Positions 18,141 to 31,966 of a DNA stretch of 64,000 nt are shown one piece after another (position 1 is the first letter of the stretch; each line of letters begins with the position of its first letter). Source of the DNA: Eubacteriales bacterium (lineage in GTDB: Bacteria; Bacillota; Clostridia; Eubacteriales; Anaerofustaceae); assembly GCA_024685545.1 (NCBI GenBank), contig JAIKVR010000009.1, positions 19,828 through 83,827 of the forward strand. Direction: 5' to 3'. The notes under the pieces are model-generated. The model was not told the DNA's origin. It made no database searches and was given only the letters and a program-made list of their open reading frames with translations. A program made the position numbers and the translations under genes.

Positions 18141-19406
18141 TCATACTCTTTCGCAGTAAAGAATCTCGCCTTCAAGATACTTGGCCTTTACAGGAACGAT
18201 CTCGTTTATGCATTCAATCCCTGAAGCAAATGCGCATCGGATATAGTTTTCACTGTATCCCTCATACAGACCGCTGCTGTTGACATATTCCGGAAGGACA
18301 TTCAGCGTTCGTCCAATCAAACCTTTTTTAATCTCTGCGCCTGTTTTTTCCGAAGCTTCCATAAGTCTGAGCACTCTTTCGTGCTTTTGAGCTTTTGTCA
18401 ATTGGGAAGGCATCTTTGCCGCGGGTGTGCCCTTGCGCGAAGAAAACGGGAATACGTGCACGTGAGCGAAGCCTACTTCCTCCACGATACTGACACTGTC
18501 CATGAATTCTTCCTCGCTCTCCCCCGGAAAACCTACGATTATGTCGGTGGTAAAAGTAGCATCCGGGAAATGACTGCGCAGGATGCGGACGCTCTCAAGG
18601 TATTCTTCCCTTGTATATCTGCGGTGCATCCTCCTCAATACATCTGTGTTCCCGCTTTGCAGAGAGAGATGGAAATGAGGGCATAGCTTGCCCGTGGCGG
18701 CAGTTCTCACTGCAAAATCCTCATTCACGAAAGCTGGTTCCAGAGAGCCTAGGCGAATGCGGAGAATAGCCGAGCCGGCGGCTTCCACAACAGCGTCAGT
18801 GAGTGTCCTCCCTGCGGAGGAATATGATGCGATATGAATACCGGTCAGAACGACCTCCTTGAAACCTTCCCCGGCCAGCTGATCACAGGATGTCCTTATC
18901 AGATCGGCATCCATGCTGGAAAGACTGCCTCTGGCGTATGGGATTATACAGTAGGTGCAGTACCGGTTGCATCCGTCCTGTATTTTCAGAGAAGCTCTGA
19001 TACGGGACTGACGGTAGATGCCTTCTCTGTACTGCCCGCCCTCTTCCCCGGGGGTAAAGCCGCGTTCCTTCAGTTTTGCAAGGATGAACGAAGCAGCATC
19101 TTCAGCGTCAGTCTGTTCGAAGAATATATAATCCGGTTCACCACATATCTCTTCTCTTCTACCCACCCTTGTCCAGCATCCGCCGACCGCAATGAGCGCC
19201 TCTGGATTGACAGATATGTAATGCCTGATCGAATTGCGGGATTTCCTTTCGCTTTCCGCAGTTACGGCACAGGTATTGATGATGATGAGGTCCGCTTCCT
19301 CAGGTTTGGTACAGCGATCCATTCCGGCTGAAATCAGACGGGATGCTATCGTTTCGCTGTCGCAGAGGTTGACCTTACAGCCCAATGTAAATATAAAAAA
19401 TCTCAT
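18141..19406 (-). CDS. mtaB: tRNA t6A37 methylthiotransferase MtaB (radical SAM MTTase)
   Basis: MRFFIFTLGCKVNLCDSE is a typical MTTase N-terminus, and the radical-SAM cluster motif CNRYCTYC is present. ATG 19406 lies 1 nt after the ribF stop (TGATATG). The 52-aa extension in the track overlaps ribF. Confidence 0.85.
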   Translation of the reverse strand: MRFFIFTLGCKVNLCDSETIASRLISAGMDRCTKPEEADLIIINTCAVTAESERKSRNSIRHYISVNPEALIAVGGCWTRVGRREEICGEPDYIFFEQTDAEDAASFILAKLKERGFTPGEEGGQYREGIYRQSRIRASLKIQDGCNRYCTYCIIPYARGSLSSMDADLIRTSCDQLAGEGFKEVVLTGIHIASYSSAGRTLTDAVVEAAGSAILRIRLGSLEPAFVNEDFAVRTAATGKLCPHFHLSLQSGNTDVLRRMHRRYTREEYLESVRILRSHFPDATFTTDIIVGFPGESEEEFMDSVSIVEEVGFAHVHVFPFSSRKGTPAAKMPSQLTKAQKHERVLRLMEASEKTGAEIKKGLIGRTLNVLPEYVNSSGLYEGYSENYIRCAFASGIECINEIVPVKAKYLEGEILYCERV

Positions 19407-19407
19407 A

Positions 19408-20310
19408 TCATCTGCTACGGGCAAATGCCTCGTCTTTTTTGAGTTGGTCCTTGAGCTCATCCAGAGAAGCGAACTTCTTTTCCTGACGGATGAGCTCCAT
19501 GAATTCCACTCTGATCGTTTCACCGTAGATATCCTCACCGAAATCGAGGATATGCGTCTCAATTGTCACCGTTTCTCCGGAGACGGTCGGGTTATTCCCG
19601 ATATTGGTTATACTGCGGTACTTTCTTCCATGCACTTCGGTCACGGTATAATAAACGCCCCACCCAGGCACTATCAAGCCTTCCTCAACAACGGTATTGG
19701 CTGTCGGAAAACCTATCGTCCTTCCTATCCGCCGGCCTTCAACGACAGTGCCCTTCAGGTAAAATGGTCTCCCCAGAAGCTTCGCAGCAAAGGAAACGTT
19801 ACCTTCCTGGACGCTTTTTCTGATAAGGCTGCTCGAAACAGGGACTCCGTCGCATTTCACAGGCGGACATATATCGGCTCTGATGCCATACGTGGCGCAG
19901 AGCTCCTTCAGAGTATCGGTGGTTCCTTTACCCTGCGCACCGAAGGTATAATTAAAGCCTGCACAGACGTATCTTACATTATTTCCAACAAGATACTCTC
20001 TGACGAAATCCTCAGGAGAGGTGGCCATCATCTCCTCGCTGAAATCGTATATGAACAGGTATTGTATGCCTGCATCTTCCAGGAATTCAAGTTTGTCAGA
20101 AGCGCTCATAATCTTTTCTGTAATGTTGCCTTCCCCACTGATCACGTCGACAGGGCGCTGGGAAAAAGTTATAAGTGCAGGTGCATAAGGGCTGTCGAGA
20201 ACTGAATCAATGATCTTCATATGCCCGATATGGAAACCGTCAAAATAGCCCAGAGCTGCGCCTATCGGCTCGCTGATGTTATGCTGATTGCAGTCAGTTA
20301 TTATCCTCAT
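19408..20310 (-). CDS. ribF: bifunctional riboflavin kinase / FMN adenylyltransferase
   Basis: GYFDGFHIGH nucleotidyltransferase motif and a GFPTAN riboflavin-kinase motif. 300 aa. Confidence 0.9.
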   Translation of the reverse strand: MRIITDCNQHNISEPIGAALGYFDGFHIGHMKIIDSVLDSPYAPALITFSQRPVDVISGEGNITEKIMSASDKLEFLEDAGIQYLFIYDFSEEMMATSPEDFVREYLVGNNVRYVCAGFNYTFGAQGKGTTDTLKELCATYGIRADICPPVKCDGVPVSSSLIRKSVQEGNVSFAAKLLGRPFYLKGTVVEGRRIGRTIGFPTANTVVEEGLIVPGWGVYYTVTEVHGRKYRSITNIGNNPTVSGETVTIETHILDFGEDIYGETIRVEFMELIRQEKKFASLDELKDQLKKDEAFARSR

Positions 20311-21206
20311 TTGGCATCCACCATCACTTTCTTCGGTTTGATACCGTTTCCCGTCACTATTCCTATCCCGCTGAATCCGCTTTCGGCATAAAGGCGTACG
20401 GCACCGCCTTCAGCAATGCTGCCGCAGCTTACCGTAAATCCGGATATGGGAACCTTGGAACCTGCGAGCATCATCGCTTCGTAGCTGTGGCTGACAACTG
20501 CCTTCGGCAGATGCCTTATCGGGTCATCAGAGCTGAGAAGGAGGTCTCCCGCGGTACCCGAAGATACCGCTACGCTTATTTCCTCCAGAGTATGGGCCTG
20601 GCTTATATCGTATCCACAGCATTTCGTGCGAACAAGAGAGCTCATGACGGCTCCGCACCCTAGTTTTCTGCCGATATCGTCGGCAAGGGTCCGGATATAC
20701 GTGCCTTCAGAACACCTCACTCTTATTACTGCCTCCATTGGAGTGTCGGTGCTTATGAGCTCGATCTGTTCAATGGTCACGGTGCGAACCGGCCTTTGAG
20801 TCTCAACACCCTTGCGGGCGTACTCGTAAAACGGCCTGCCGTTCAGCTTCCTTGCCGAATATGCCGGAGTCTGCTGTTCTATCTCACCGATGAAACTGCG
20901 AAGAACTTCCTCCAGATCTCCGGAGGAAAAAACCGGCCTGCAGGTCTCTATCACTTCTCCCCAAATATCCTGGGTATCGCTGACCATACCGAACCGTATC
21001 CCTGCGATGTATTCCTTGCTGTCCTTCGGAAAGTACTCGATGAGACGCGATGAGGATCCCGTGCAAACTATAAGAACACCGGAGGCATTGGGATCCAGGG
21101 TACCGGCATGGCCTGCCTTCTTCTCTCCCAAAAGTGAGGCTGCACGGCGGCATGCGGAGAAACTGGTCATCCCCGCTGGTTTGTTGAGCACGATCACCGA
21201 GTTCAT
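20307..21206 (-). CDS. truB: tRNA pseudouridine(55) synthase
   Basis: KPAGMTSF...GHAGTLDP catalytic Asp motif. 4-nt overlaps with both neighbours. Confidence 0.9.
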   Translation of the reverse strand: MNSVIVLNKPAGMTSFSACRRAASLLGEKKAGHAGTLDPNASGVLIVCTGSSSRLIEYFPKDSKEYIAGIRFGMVSDTQDIWGEVIETCRPVFSSGDLEEVLRSFIGEIEQQTPAYSARKLNGRPFYEYARKGVETQRPVRTVTIEQIELISTDTPMEAVIRVRCSEGTYIRTLADDIGRKLGCGAVMSSLVRTKCCGYDISQAHTLEEISVAVSSGTAGDLLLSSDDPIRHLPKAVVSHSYEAMMLAGSKVPISGFTVSCGSIAEGGAVRLYAESGFSGIGIVTGNGIKPKKVMVDAK

Positions 21207-22153
21207 AGGGTCTGTGCATATTCGGCAAACACTTTTTCCAGTTCCTTATAGGTACCTAAGAAAGTGCAGCCAGCTGCCTTTATGTGGCCCCCGCCTCCGA
21301 AACGGCTGCAGAACTCGGAGACATCATGTTCGAAATCTGCGCTGCGCATGGAGAGCTTGAAAGCCTCTTCCCCTGTCTGGCGGACGGTGACCGATACGAC
21401 CACACCGTAGATATATTTAATCGTGTTTGTCAGGATATCGGCTTCAGCGTTGATGCTGTCCGAAAAGCCGTCCTCATAAAGAAGAGCTGAGACGACAAGC
21501 TTCCCTTCTCCGTAAAACTTCGTGTTGCCGAAGCCTATCTTTGCCAGTTCGATGACGTCTTTTTCTCTCATGAGCAGTGCTTCGTCGATCAGGTAGAAAT
21601 CATCGTATCTTTCGTAGAGTTCTGAAGCGATAAGATGGCAGTATGCAGTTGTATTAGAATAAGAAAAATTACCTGTATCGGTGTCGATAGCGATATAGAC
21701 AGCGTGGGCGATCTGACGAGTGATTTCGCAGCCCAGGACCTTGAGCAGACTATATATCACTTCAGCAGCGCAGGAGCTTGAAGGATACACTATATTCACA
21801 TCGCCGTATCCGGTATTGGTGCTGTGGTGGTCAAGTACCAGTACCTTCTTTGCTCTGGACAGCTCACTATTTCCGAACAGGTATTCCATGGTAGAGCAGT
21901 CGACCGCTATAGCCAAATCGTACTTTTCGTCCAGCGGACCATTGAAGAAAGAGGTCTCCTCCAGAAGGTTCTCCAGCCCCGACTTATTCCTGTCAGCGAC
22001 ATAGTCGACCTTATGGCCCAGCTGCTTCAGGCCGAGACCCAGTGCCACCATCGAACCGCAGGCATCGCCGTCCTGATTCTCATGGGAAAGTATCAGAATA
22101 TTTGAAGAGCCGCCGATAAGCTCGGCGGCTTCAGTGACATCAATGTGAGTCAT
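21203..22153 (-). CDS. nrnA: DHH family phosphoesterase (NrnA-like oligoribonuclease/pAp phosphatase)
   Basis: Motifs HENQDGDACGS, DHH (LVLDHHSTN) and GGGH (FGGGGHIKAAG) of the DHH/DHHA1 family. Confidence 0.8.
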   Translation of the reverse strand: MTHIDVTEAAELIGGSSNILILSHENQDGDACGSMVALGLGLKQLGHKVDYVADRNKSGLENLLEETSFFNGPLDEKYDLAIAVDCSTMEYLFGNSELSRAKKVLVLDHHSTNTGYGDVNIVYPSSSCAAEVIYSLLKVLGCEITRQIAHAVYIAIDTDTGNFSYSNTTAYCHLIASELYERYDDFYLIDEALLMREKDVIELAKIGFGNTKFYGEGKLVVSALLYEDGFSDSINAEADILTNTIKYIYGVVVSVTVRQTGEEAFKLSMRSADFEHDVSEFCSRFGGGGHIKAAGCTFLGTYKELEKVFAEYAQTL

Positions 22154-22496
22154 TGCCTATCTCCTCGAGAAGCTTTTCTATATGCTCATAATTGTCATAA
22201 GAGTCGTCATGTATCAAAATAAGCTGCGGGGCGTAGCGTGTAGTGAGAGCGTCCGCTACTTTTTTGCGCAGAACACCCTTGGCGTTCTCCAGAACTGCCA
22301 TGATTTCTTCCGACTCTTTCTTATCGGCGTAAATGGTCACATACACCTGACAGTATTTCATGTCAGGTGTTGTATTGACCCTGGATATCCCGATGAGCCT
22401 TCCTTCCAGACGGGGATCCTTCAGGGAAAAAGTTATGGCATTGGATATCTCGTCCTTGATAAGAGCGTTGATTCTGTCGATCCTGTGCTGTGCCAA
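22140..22496 (-). CDS. rbfA: ribosome-binding factor A
   Basis: 118 aa. RIDRINALIKDEISNAI...DPRL...ISRVNTTPDMKYCQVYV is the RbfA pattern. Confidence 0.9.
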   Translation of the reverse strand: MAQHRIDRINALIKDEISNAITFSLKDPRLEGRLIGISRVNTTPDMKYCQVYVTIYADKKESEEIMAVLENAKGVLRKKVADALTTRYAPQLILIHDDSYDNYEHIEKLLEEIGNDSH

Positions 22497-22497
22497 T

Positions 22498-25329
22498 TCA
22501 GTCCTCTTCTTTCAATCTTCTGGAAGAGAATTCCAGTTTATCTCCCACAAGCATTCCGTCAAACTTCTCGATGCCGATGCCGCATTCGTAGCCCTGGGCG
22601 ACTTCCCTGACGTCATCCTTGAAACGCTTCAATGAACCGATCTTTCCCTGGAATATAGTCTCCTCGCCGCGAATGACGCGGATATTGTCGCTTCTCTTGA
22701 CGGAACCTTCCGTGATATAGCTTCCTGCGATAGGACCAAGATCCGGTATGCGGTATACCGCACGGACCTCTCCTTCGCCTGTGACGATCTCCTCGTATTC
22801 GGGTTCCTTCATGCCCTTGAGCATAGCGTTCATATCGTCCAGTATCTCATAGATGATCGAATACGTCTTTATGGAGATGCCTTCCTTGTCAGCCTGGGAC
22901 TGAACGTCGGCACCGGCCTTGACATTGAATGCAATGATCATAGCCTTGGAGGCCGAAGCGAGCATGATGTCGGTCTCTGACACATCGCCAACACCTGAAT
23001 GTATGACCGATATCTTTATTCCGGCGTCGTTTCCTTCAAGGCCGCCAAGCTCCTGTTTGATGGCTTCCATGCTTCCCGCGACGTCGGTCTTGATGATGAT
23101 GTTGATCTCCTTCTGATCGTCCTCTTTTATATGTTCGAACAGATCATCCAAAGATTTCGGCTGAGCAGCCCTGGAAGCCTGAATCGCGATTCTGTCCTTG
23201 CGTCTGGTGACGATATCCTTTGCGGCCTTTTCGTCATCCGCGACGAAGAACCTGTCGCCTGCCGAAGGAACTTCGGGCAGACCGATGATTTCCACTGCCG
23301 TAGCAGGTTCAGCCGAGGTCACCCTCTTTCCAGTCCAGTCCGTCATGGCTCTGATTTTTCCGTAGATTGTATCTATCACGATGAAATCTCCGGTCTTCAG
23401 TGTACCGCAGTTGACGAGCAGAGATGCGGTAACGCCGCGCTGCTTATCGATGCGGGCTTCCAGAATGGTTCCTATCGATTTCCCTGAATAATCAGCTTTA
23501 TAGTTCTCCACTTCCGCCAGAAGGAGGATGTTGTCGAGCAGGTCGTCAATCCCCATACCGGTCTTGGCAGAGACGTTCACGCATATCGTATCGCCTCCCC
23601 ATGCCTCCGGGACGAGCTCGTACTTGGTAAGATCATCCATGACACGCTGCGGGTTGGCACCGGGCTTGTCCATTTTATTGATGGCCACGATTATTGGCAC
23701 CTTGGCCGCCTTGGCGTGATCGATGGCTTCCACCGTCTGCGGCATGACTCCGTCGTCAGCAGCGACTACCAGCACCGCAATATCCGTGACGTCGGCTCCT
23801 CTTGCTCTCATTGCGGTGAATGCTTTATGGCCCGGGGTATCGATGAATGTTATCTTCTTGTCCCTGACGGATACAGTATATGCGCCTATCTTCTGAGTGA
23901 TGCCTCCCTTTTCGCCTTCGAAAACGTTGGTGTTTCTTATGGCGTCGAGAAGAGAGGTCTTTCCGTGGTCGACATGGCCCATGACAGTGACGATGGGCGG
24001 GCGCGGTTCAAGAAGGGTCTCTTCGGCGTTATGTTCGGTGAGCAGTTCCTCGTAATAATCAGGTTCCTTCTCCAGCTCCACCTGGATCCCCAGATCTTCG
24101 CATATGACGGAGACGGTATCAAAGTCCAGCGGCTGGTTCAGCGTCACCATGACGCCGTATTCCATCAGCTTTTTCATGATGTCGCCGGTGGACATGAGTA
24201 TCTTTTCGGAAAGCTCAGCCGCGGAGATAAAATCAGGCAGCACAACGGTGCCCTCAACTCCCGCAGTGGCTCTCTTTTCCCAGCCTTCGAGCTTCTGTTT
24301 TTTATATTCGCTTTTCGTGCCGCGCTTTTTCTTCGCGTTATTCGGGCGCACGTATCCCTTGTCGTCAGAGAAGAAGGTATTTTCAGCTTTGCTCTTCTCG
24401 TTGCTGTAAGCGGCTCTGTTCTTGTACCTGTCGTTCTTCGGCTTTTCCAGCGGTTTTTCTTCGGTGGTTCTATAGGAGGTCCCTCGGTTCTGACTGGTGC
24501 CTCTGCGGGCATTGTTGTTGGAACCTGAGTAAGACCCACCAGTGTTCCTGTTTTGATAGCCGGTCCCGGTGTTGTTCCTGCCCTGATAGCCAGTGCCGGA
24601 ATTATTCCTTCCCTGGTATCCGGTTCCGGTATTGTTTCGACCCTGGTAACCCGTACCGGTGTTGTTACGTCCCTGATAACCGGTGCCGCTGTTCCTGTTC
24701 TGATAGCCGGTATTATTATTGTTTCTTCCTTGATATCCTGTTCCGGAATTATTTCTTCCCTGATAGCCTGAACCGGTGTTGTTACGTCCCTGATAGCCTG
24801 TGCCGCTGTTCCTGTTCTGATAGCCGGTATTATTATTGTTACGTCCCTGATATCCTGTTCCTGTATTGTTACGTCCCTGGTAACCGGTACCGGTATTGTT
24901 ACGTCCCTGGTAGTTGGGATTGCCTGTCCTGTTCTGGCTGTTGCTGTAGTTGCCCTGTCTGCGGGTATCCTGGGCAGGGGCGCTCTGGCGCGCGGGCTTC
25001 TGGTTTCCGGCGGTGTCTGTCTGGGGCTTGGCCGCTGAAGCGGCAGGCTTTTCCTCCTTCTTTGGAGCAGAAGGTTCTGCGGGTTTTGCAGTCGTTTTCT
25101 CCGCAGGTTTTTCTGTAGCCGGATGTTTGGACGGTGCTGCGTTCTCCGCGGATTTAGGCGCTATCTTGCCCTCTATGACAGTAAAATTATTTCGGAAATA
25201 CTTTTCCTGCTGGTCTGTCAGTATGCTCATATGGCTCTTTATTGGTATATTGGCCTGCTGGAGGATACCGACAAAATCCTTGCTCTGCACCCCGTATTCC
25301 TTTGCTAATTCGTATACTTTTTTCGGCAT
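22498..25329 (-). CDS. infB: translation initiation factor IF-2
   Basis: G-domain motifs [17 protein letters not shown] and NKMD, with the conserved C-terminal domains. The long N-terminal region is low-complexity and repetitive. Confidence 0.95.
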   Translation of the reverse strand: MPKKVYELAKEYGVQSKDFVGILQQANIPIKSHMSILTDQQEKYFRNNFTVIEGKIAPKSAENAAPSKHPATEKPAEKTTAKPAEPSAPKKEEKPAASAAKPQTDTAGNQKPARQSAPAQDTRRQGNYSNSQNRTGNPNYQGRNNTGTGYQGRNNTGTGYQGRNNNNTGYQNRNSGTGYQGRNNTGSGYQGRNNSGTGYQGRNNNNTGYQNRNSGTGYQGRNNTGTGYQGRNNTGTGYQGRNNSGTGYQGRNNTGTGYQNRNTGGSYSGSNNNARRGTSQNRGTSYRTTEEKPLEKPKNDRYKNRAAYSNEKSKAENTFFSDDKGYVRPNNAKKKRGTKSEYKKQKLEGWEKRATAGVEGTVVLPDFISAAELSEKILMSTGDIMKKLMEYGVMVTLNQPLDFDTVSVICEDLGIQVELEKEPDYYEELLTEHNAEETLLEPRPPIVTVMGHVDHGKTSLLDAIRNTNVFEGEKGGITQKIGAYTVSVRDKKITFIDTPGHKAFTAMRARGADVTDIAVLVVAADDGVMPQTVEAIDHAKAAKVPIIVAINKMDKPGANPQRVMDDLTKYELVPEAWGGDTICVNVSAKTGMGIDDLLDNILLLAEVENYKADYSGKSIGTILEARIDKQRGVTASLLVNCGTLKTGDFIVIDTIYGKIRAMTDWTGKRVTSAEPATAVEIIGLPEVPSAGDRFFVADDEKAAKDIVTRRKDRIAIQASRAAQPKSLDDLFEHIKEDDQKEINIIIKTDVAGSMEAIKQELGGLEGNDAGIKISVIHSGVGDVSETDIMLASASKAMIIAFNVKAGADVQSQADKEGISIKTYSIIYEILDDMNAMLKGMKEPEYEEIVTGEGEVRAVYRIPDLGPIAGSYITEGSVKRSDNIRVIRGEETIFQGKIGSLKRFKDDVREVAQGYECGIGIEKFDGMLVGDKLEFSSRRLKEED
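24541..24927 (-). repeat. in-frame tandem repeat inside infB: 13 copies of a ~10-aa unit ([11 protein letters not shown]), about 30-nt period
   Basis: IF-2 residues ~135-263 read [52 protein letters not shown]... A 117-nt higher-order unit is visible in the DNA: 24657-24745 versus 24774-24862 differ at about six positions by eye. Confidence 0.9.
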
Positions 25330-25617
25330 TTACTCCCCCTGTCTGTTAATAGTTCCTAACTTTATCTGAATATCCTGCATTAATTCATCCAGGCTTTCCT
25401 TGTTTGCCTGTACCGAAAGGGCGGTCGCGAGCTTTTTCATATCCTTGACGCTCTTAAGGCATTCCCCGCTCCTGCAGATATAGGCGCCTCTCCCATTCAT
25501 TTTGCCCGTCGGATCGACCTGCATCCCGCCTTCGGGGACCCTGACTATCCTTAACAGATCTCTTTTCTCCCTTACATTCCTGCATATGACGCAGGTGCGC
25601 ATAGGTACATTCTTCAA
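25330..25617 (-). CDS. YlxR/RnpM family (DUF448) RNA-binding protein
   Basis: PMRTCVICRNVREKRDLLRIVRVPEGGMQVDPTGKMNGRGAYIC is the DUF448 signature. It sits between nusA and infB as in other Firmicutes. Confidence 0.85.
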   Translation of the reverse strand: MKNVPMRTCVICRNVREKRDLLRIVRVPEGGMQVDPTGKMNGRGAYICRSGECLKSVKDMKKLATALSVQANKESLDELMQDIQIKLGTINRQGE

Positions 25618-26816
25618 TCGGCGTTTTCCTCGTTATCCTTAGGTACTCCGGCATCCATGCCGTCTGCTTCACGGTCCTCATCCGCGAAATCCTCAGCGCC
25701 TGCAAAAAGCTCATTCGCTCTGGCAACGGCATCTTCAGGATCGGTGCCTATGTTGGCATACTGTTCCGGAGTCTTTATGTCTATCTTCCAGCCTGTCAGC
25801 CTGGCTGCCAGGCGCACGTTCTGCCCGTCCTTGCCTATCGCGAGCGACAGCTGGCTCTCGTCAACGATGACAGTGGCGACATGTTCCTCTTCGCCGATGA
25901 TGACTTCGAATACCTGCGCGGGACTGATTGCGTTTGAGATAAAGACGACCGGGTCGTCGCTGTACTGTATGACATCGATGCGTTCCGTGCCGATCTCGTT
26001 GAGAACGCCCTGTATCCTGACGCCTTTCTGACCCACACACGCACCGATGGGATCCACGTCCTCATTGGCCGACCACACGGCGACCTTTGTGCGGCTGCCG
26101 GCTTCCCTGGCTATAGCCTTGATCTCCACGGTACCGTCCGCTATCTCAGGGATATCGATCTCCATTAATCGCTTGATGAGCATAGGGTGTGAACGGGAGA
26201 CGTAGATCTGAGAGCCTTTGTTGGTACGCTTCACATCGCTCAGGTAGACCCTTAACCTCATGCCCTGATAATATTGTTCGCCGGGTATCTGGTTGGAGAT
26301 GTTCATTATTCCCTCGCTGCGTCCCAGGCTCACATAGATGTTGTTTCGGTCGGTACGCTGCACCGTGCCCACGACGAGCTCGTCTTTTTTTGCCGAATAC
26401 GTGTCGTAGACGATCTGGCGCTCGCTCTCCTTGATCTGCTGGAGTATGTACTGCTTCGCATTCTGAGTGGCGACCCTTCCGAATTCCGTGGGATCGAGCC
26501 TGAATTCTATGTCGTCACCGACTGAGGCATCAGTCTTGAAGCCTTTCGCTTCATCCAGGGAGATCTGAGTGATTTCATCCTCCGGAGAATCGACTACGGT
26601 GCGGTGGGCATACATTTCTATCTCGCCCGTTGTCCCGTCGATATCGACGCTCACGTTCTGATTGGACCTGTTGTCCTTTTTATACGCGGCAACGAGCGCG
26701 ACCTTCACGGCTTCCAAAACGTCGGCCTTTTTTATCCCCTTGGTCCTTTCTATCTCATCAAGGGCTTCGATGAAACTCCTGAGGTTTTCTTCCCTGCTTA
26801 CGGTTTTCTTTTTCAT
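25614..26816 (-). CDS. nusA: transcription termination/antitermination factor NusA
   Basis: 400 aa with N-terminal, S1 and two KH domains (GACVGQKGVRIQ, AIGKDGQNVRLAARLTGWKIDI). Confidence 0.95.
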   Translation of the reverse strand: MKKKTVSREENLRSFIEALDEIERTKGIKKADVLEAVKVALVAAYKKDNRSNQNVSVDIDGTTGEIEMYAHRTVVDSPEDEITQISLDEAKGFKTDASVGDDIEFRLDPTEFGRVATQNAKQYILQQIKESERQIVYDTYSAKKDELVVGTVQRTDRNNIYVSLGRSEGIMNISNQIPGEQYYQGMRLRVYLSDVKRTNKGSQIYVSRSHPMLIKRLMEIDIPEIADGTVEIKAIAREAGSRTKVAVWSANEDVDPIGACVGQKGVRIQGVLNEIGTERIDVIQYSDDPVVFISNAISPAQVFEVIIGEEEHVATVIVDESQLSLAIGKDGQNVRLAARLTGWKIDIKTPEQYANIGTDPEDAVARANELFAGAEDFADEDREADGMDAGVPKDNEENAD

Positions 26817-26830
26817 TCCAGTTCCTTTTC

Positions 26831-27298
26831 TTAAAAGTCAAAATCAAAATGAAGATTTATCCTGCTCACTTCGCTGTCTTTCAGTTCGACCGCGTTCCCA
26901 TCCGGATCTGTAAACGAGAACACTCCTCCCGAGTGACCGTTAAGGATCAGCACCGGCTTCTTGTCCCCGTTCAATGCCTTGTATAGGGAGACATCCACCT
27001 TGCTGCCGGAAAATCGCTCGTAGTCCTTTTCCTTTTTAAGCACCCTGTTGATCCCGGGAGAGGAGACCTCCAGCGTGTAGTCCTCCTGTCCGTCATCGCC
27101 TCTCTCGTCTATGGCCCTGCTTATCTCCTCACTGACTGCGGCACAGTCGTCCAGGGTAACGGCTCCTTCTGCCTTCTCGATATAAAAACGCAGTATCCTG
27201 ATCGAGCCTTCCTTTACAAATTCGGCATCAGCCATCTCGCAGCCCTTTTCCCTGATGAGTGGCTCGGCGAGTTCAATCATTTCATCGAGAAATCTCAT
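26831..27298 (-). CDS. rimP: ribosome maturation factor RimP
   Basis: MRFLDEMIELAEPLIREKGCEMADAEFVKEG...LEVSSPGINRVLK. ATG 27298 with AAAGGGA SD. Confidence 0.9.
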   Translation of the reverse strand: MRFLDEMIELAEPLIREKGCEMADAEFVKEGSIRILRFYIEKAEGAVTLDDCAAVSEEISRAIDERGDDGQEDYTLEVSSPGINRVLKKEKDYERFSGSKVDVSLYKALNGDKKPVLILNGHSGGVFSFTDPDGNAVELKDSEVSRINLHFDFDF

Positions 27299-27310
27299 AA
27301 ATGTCCCTTT

Positions 27311-27344
27311 CAGAAAGAAATGAGTGGGACAGCCCACTCATTTC
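27311..27344 (-). promoter_or_regulatory. leader hairpin / candidate attenuator immediately upstream of rimP-nusA-infB
   Basis: On the minus strand a perfect 12-bp stem GAAATGAGTGGG-CTGT-CCCACTCATTTC is followed by TTTCTG. It sits between a TTGATT-16-GATAAT promoter (27393-27366) and the rimP SD. Confidence 0.5.
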
Positions 27345-27457
27345 GCAATACAACCTTATCACAGAATTATCCTTTTGTAAAGCAGAAAATCAAAACATTT
27401 GCCGATTTTGTCCTCCCTTAATCCCATTTTAACGCCTATGATGATACAATACACTTG

Positions 27458-31165
<3,708 letters not shown>

Positions 31166-31314
31166 TGTCATCCCCTGAAAATGAAACATTTGCCGAGAGC
31201 AATTACAGAACCGCTCTCCGATAGAACCTGACAATAAAAGCATATTGAAAAATGATCCGTTTTAACTCCATTTAAAGATAGCCAGCTACGATGATGCGTA
31301 GGGAGGATCTTGAT

Positions 31315-31756
31315 ATGGGGATACTGCTTGCAGAAGATGAAAAGCGCTTTCAAAAGCACTTGTAAAGATATTTCAAGAGAATAACTATTCCGTGGATGCG
31401 TTTATGACGGCGAGGATGCGCTCAGCTATCTTGAGGCAGGTTGTTATGACGCTGCCGTACCGGATATCATGATGCCGAAAATGAACGTGATCACGGTTTT
31501 GAAAAAGTTCCGCGCGGCGGGAGATCAAATCCCAGTATTGATGCTGGCCGCGAAATCCGAAATCGAAGACCGCATGCAGGGCCTTGACAGCGGAGCAAAT
31601 AATTATCTTCCCAAGCCCTTTGATACACGCGAACTGCTTGCCCGCATCAGGAGCATCACCAGGACAAAAGCAATTCTTCAGAGAACAGCCCTTCAAACGC
31701 AGGCCAGGACCGTCCATCCTTCTTTCCTGGGAAATAAGGATAGTCGGAGATGCTGA
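31315..31756 (+). pseudogene. OmpR-type response regulator remnant (receiver domain only, two frameshifts, no DNA-binding domain)
   Basis: An AGGGAGGA SD and ATG 31315 give MGILLAEDEK, which stops at 31363-31365. The receiver domain continues in a second frame (ALSKALVKIFQENNYSVDA). It then continues in a third frame (YDGEDALSYLEAGCYDAAVPDIMMPKMN...LPKPFDTRELLARIRSITR). The single-nt losses are near 31339-31344 (an A-run) and near 31400. No winged-helix domain follows. Confidence 0.7.
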
Positions 31757-31843
31757 ATAACGGTATCGTTTATGGGATCTATCCGGTAGCCATGATGACA
31801 GCGCTGATAATCATTAAACATATCAGGCGCAGATAAGAAAAAA

Positions 31844-31890
31844 GCACCGGTGTGTGATGACTGTACGATCATTGCACGCCGGTGTTTTTA
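31844..31890. terminator. bidirectional intrinsic terminator
   Basis: Stem CACCGGTGTG/CACGCCGGTG (one G-U pair), flanked by AAAAAA (31838-31843) and TTTTT (31885-31889). It lies about 80 nt downstream of the pepF-like stop on the minus strand. Confidence 0.8.
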
Positions 31891-31966
31891 ATCCGAAGAC
31901 AGATACTCATAACATTCTTATTCTTCTCATGATCAGCTGCCCTCATGTCCGCTGGTTCTTAAGCCC

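Noticed and set aside
19407-19562. The 52-codon N-terminal extension of mtaB given in the ORF track. Similar extensions are given for dut (14957), rimP (27337), DUF523 (17464), HIT (18175) and rpsO (9844).
   Set aside because: The extensions overlap the preceding genes or terminators and are not family-like. Internal starts with proper SD sequences reproduce canonical N-termini.
24541-24927. Regular ~30-nt periodicity that could be mistaken for a CRISPR array or a satellite.
   Set aside because: There are no unique spacers between the units. The array is in frame within infB, encodes the GYQGRNN peptide repeat, and has conserved IF-2 sequence on both sides.
31168-31717. Minus-strand ORFs of 63 aa (31168-31359) and 110 aa (31385-31717) in the ispE-pepF interval.
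   Set aside because: They lie antisense to the clearly recognisable, though frameshifted, response-regulator receiver domain, and have no SD or family resemblance.
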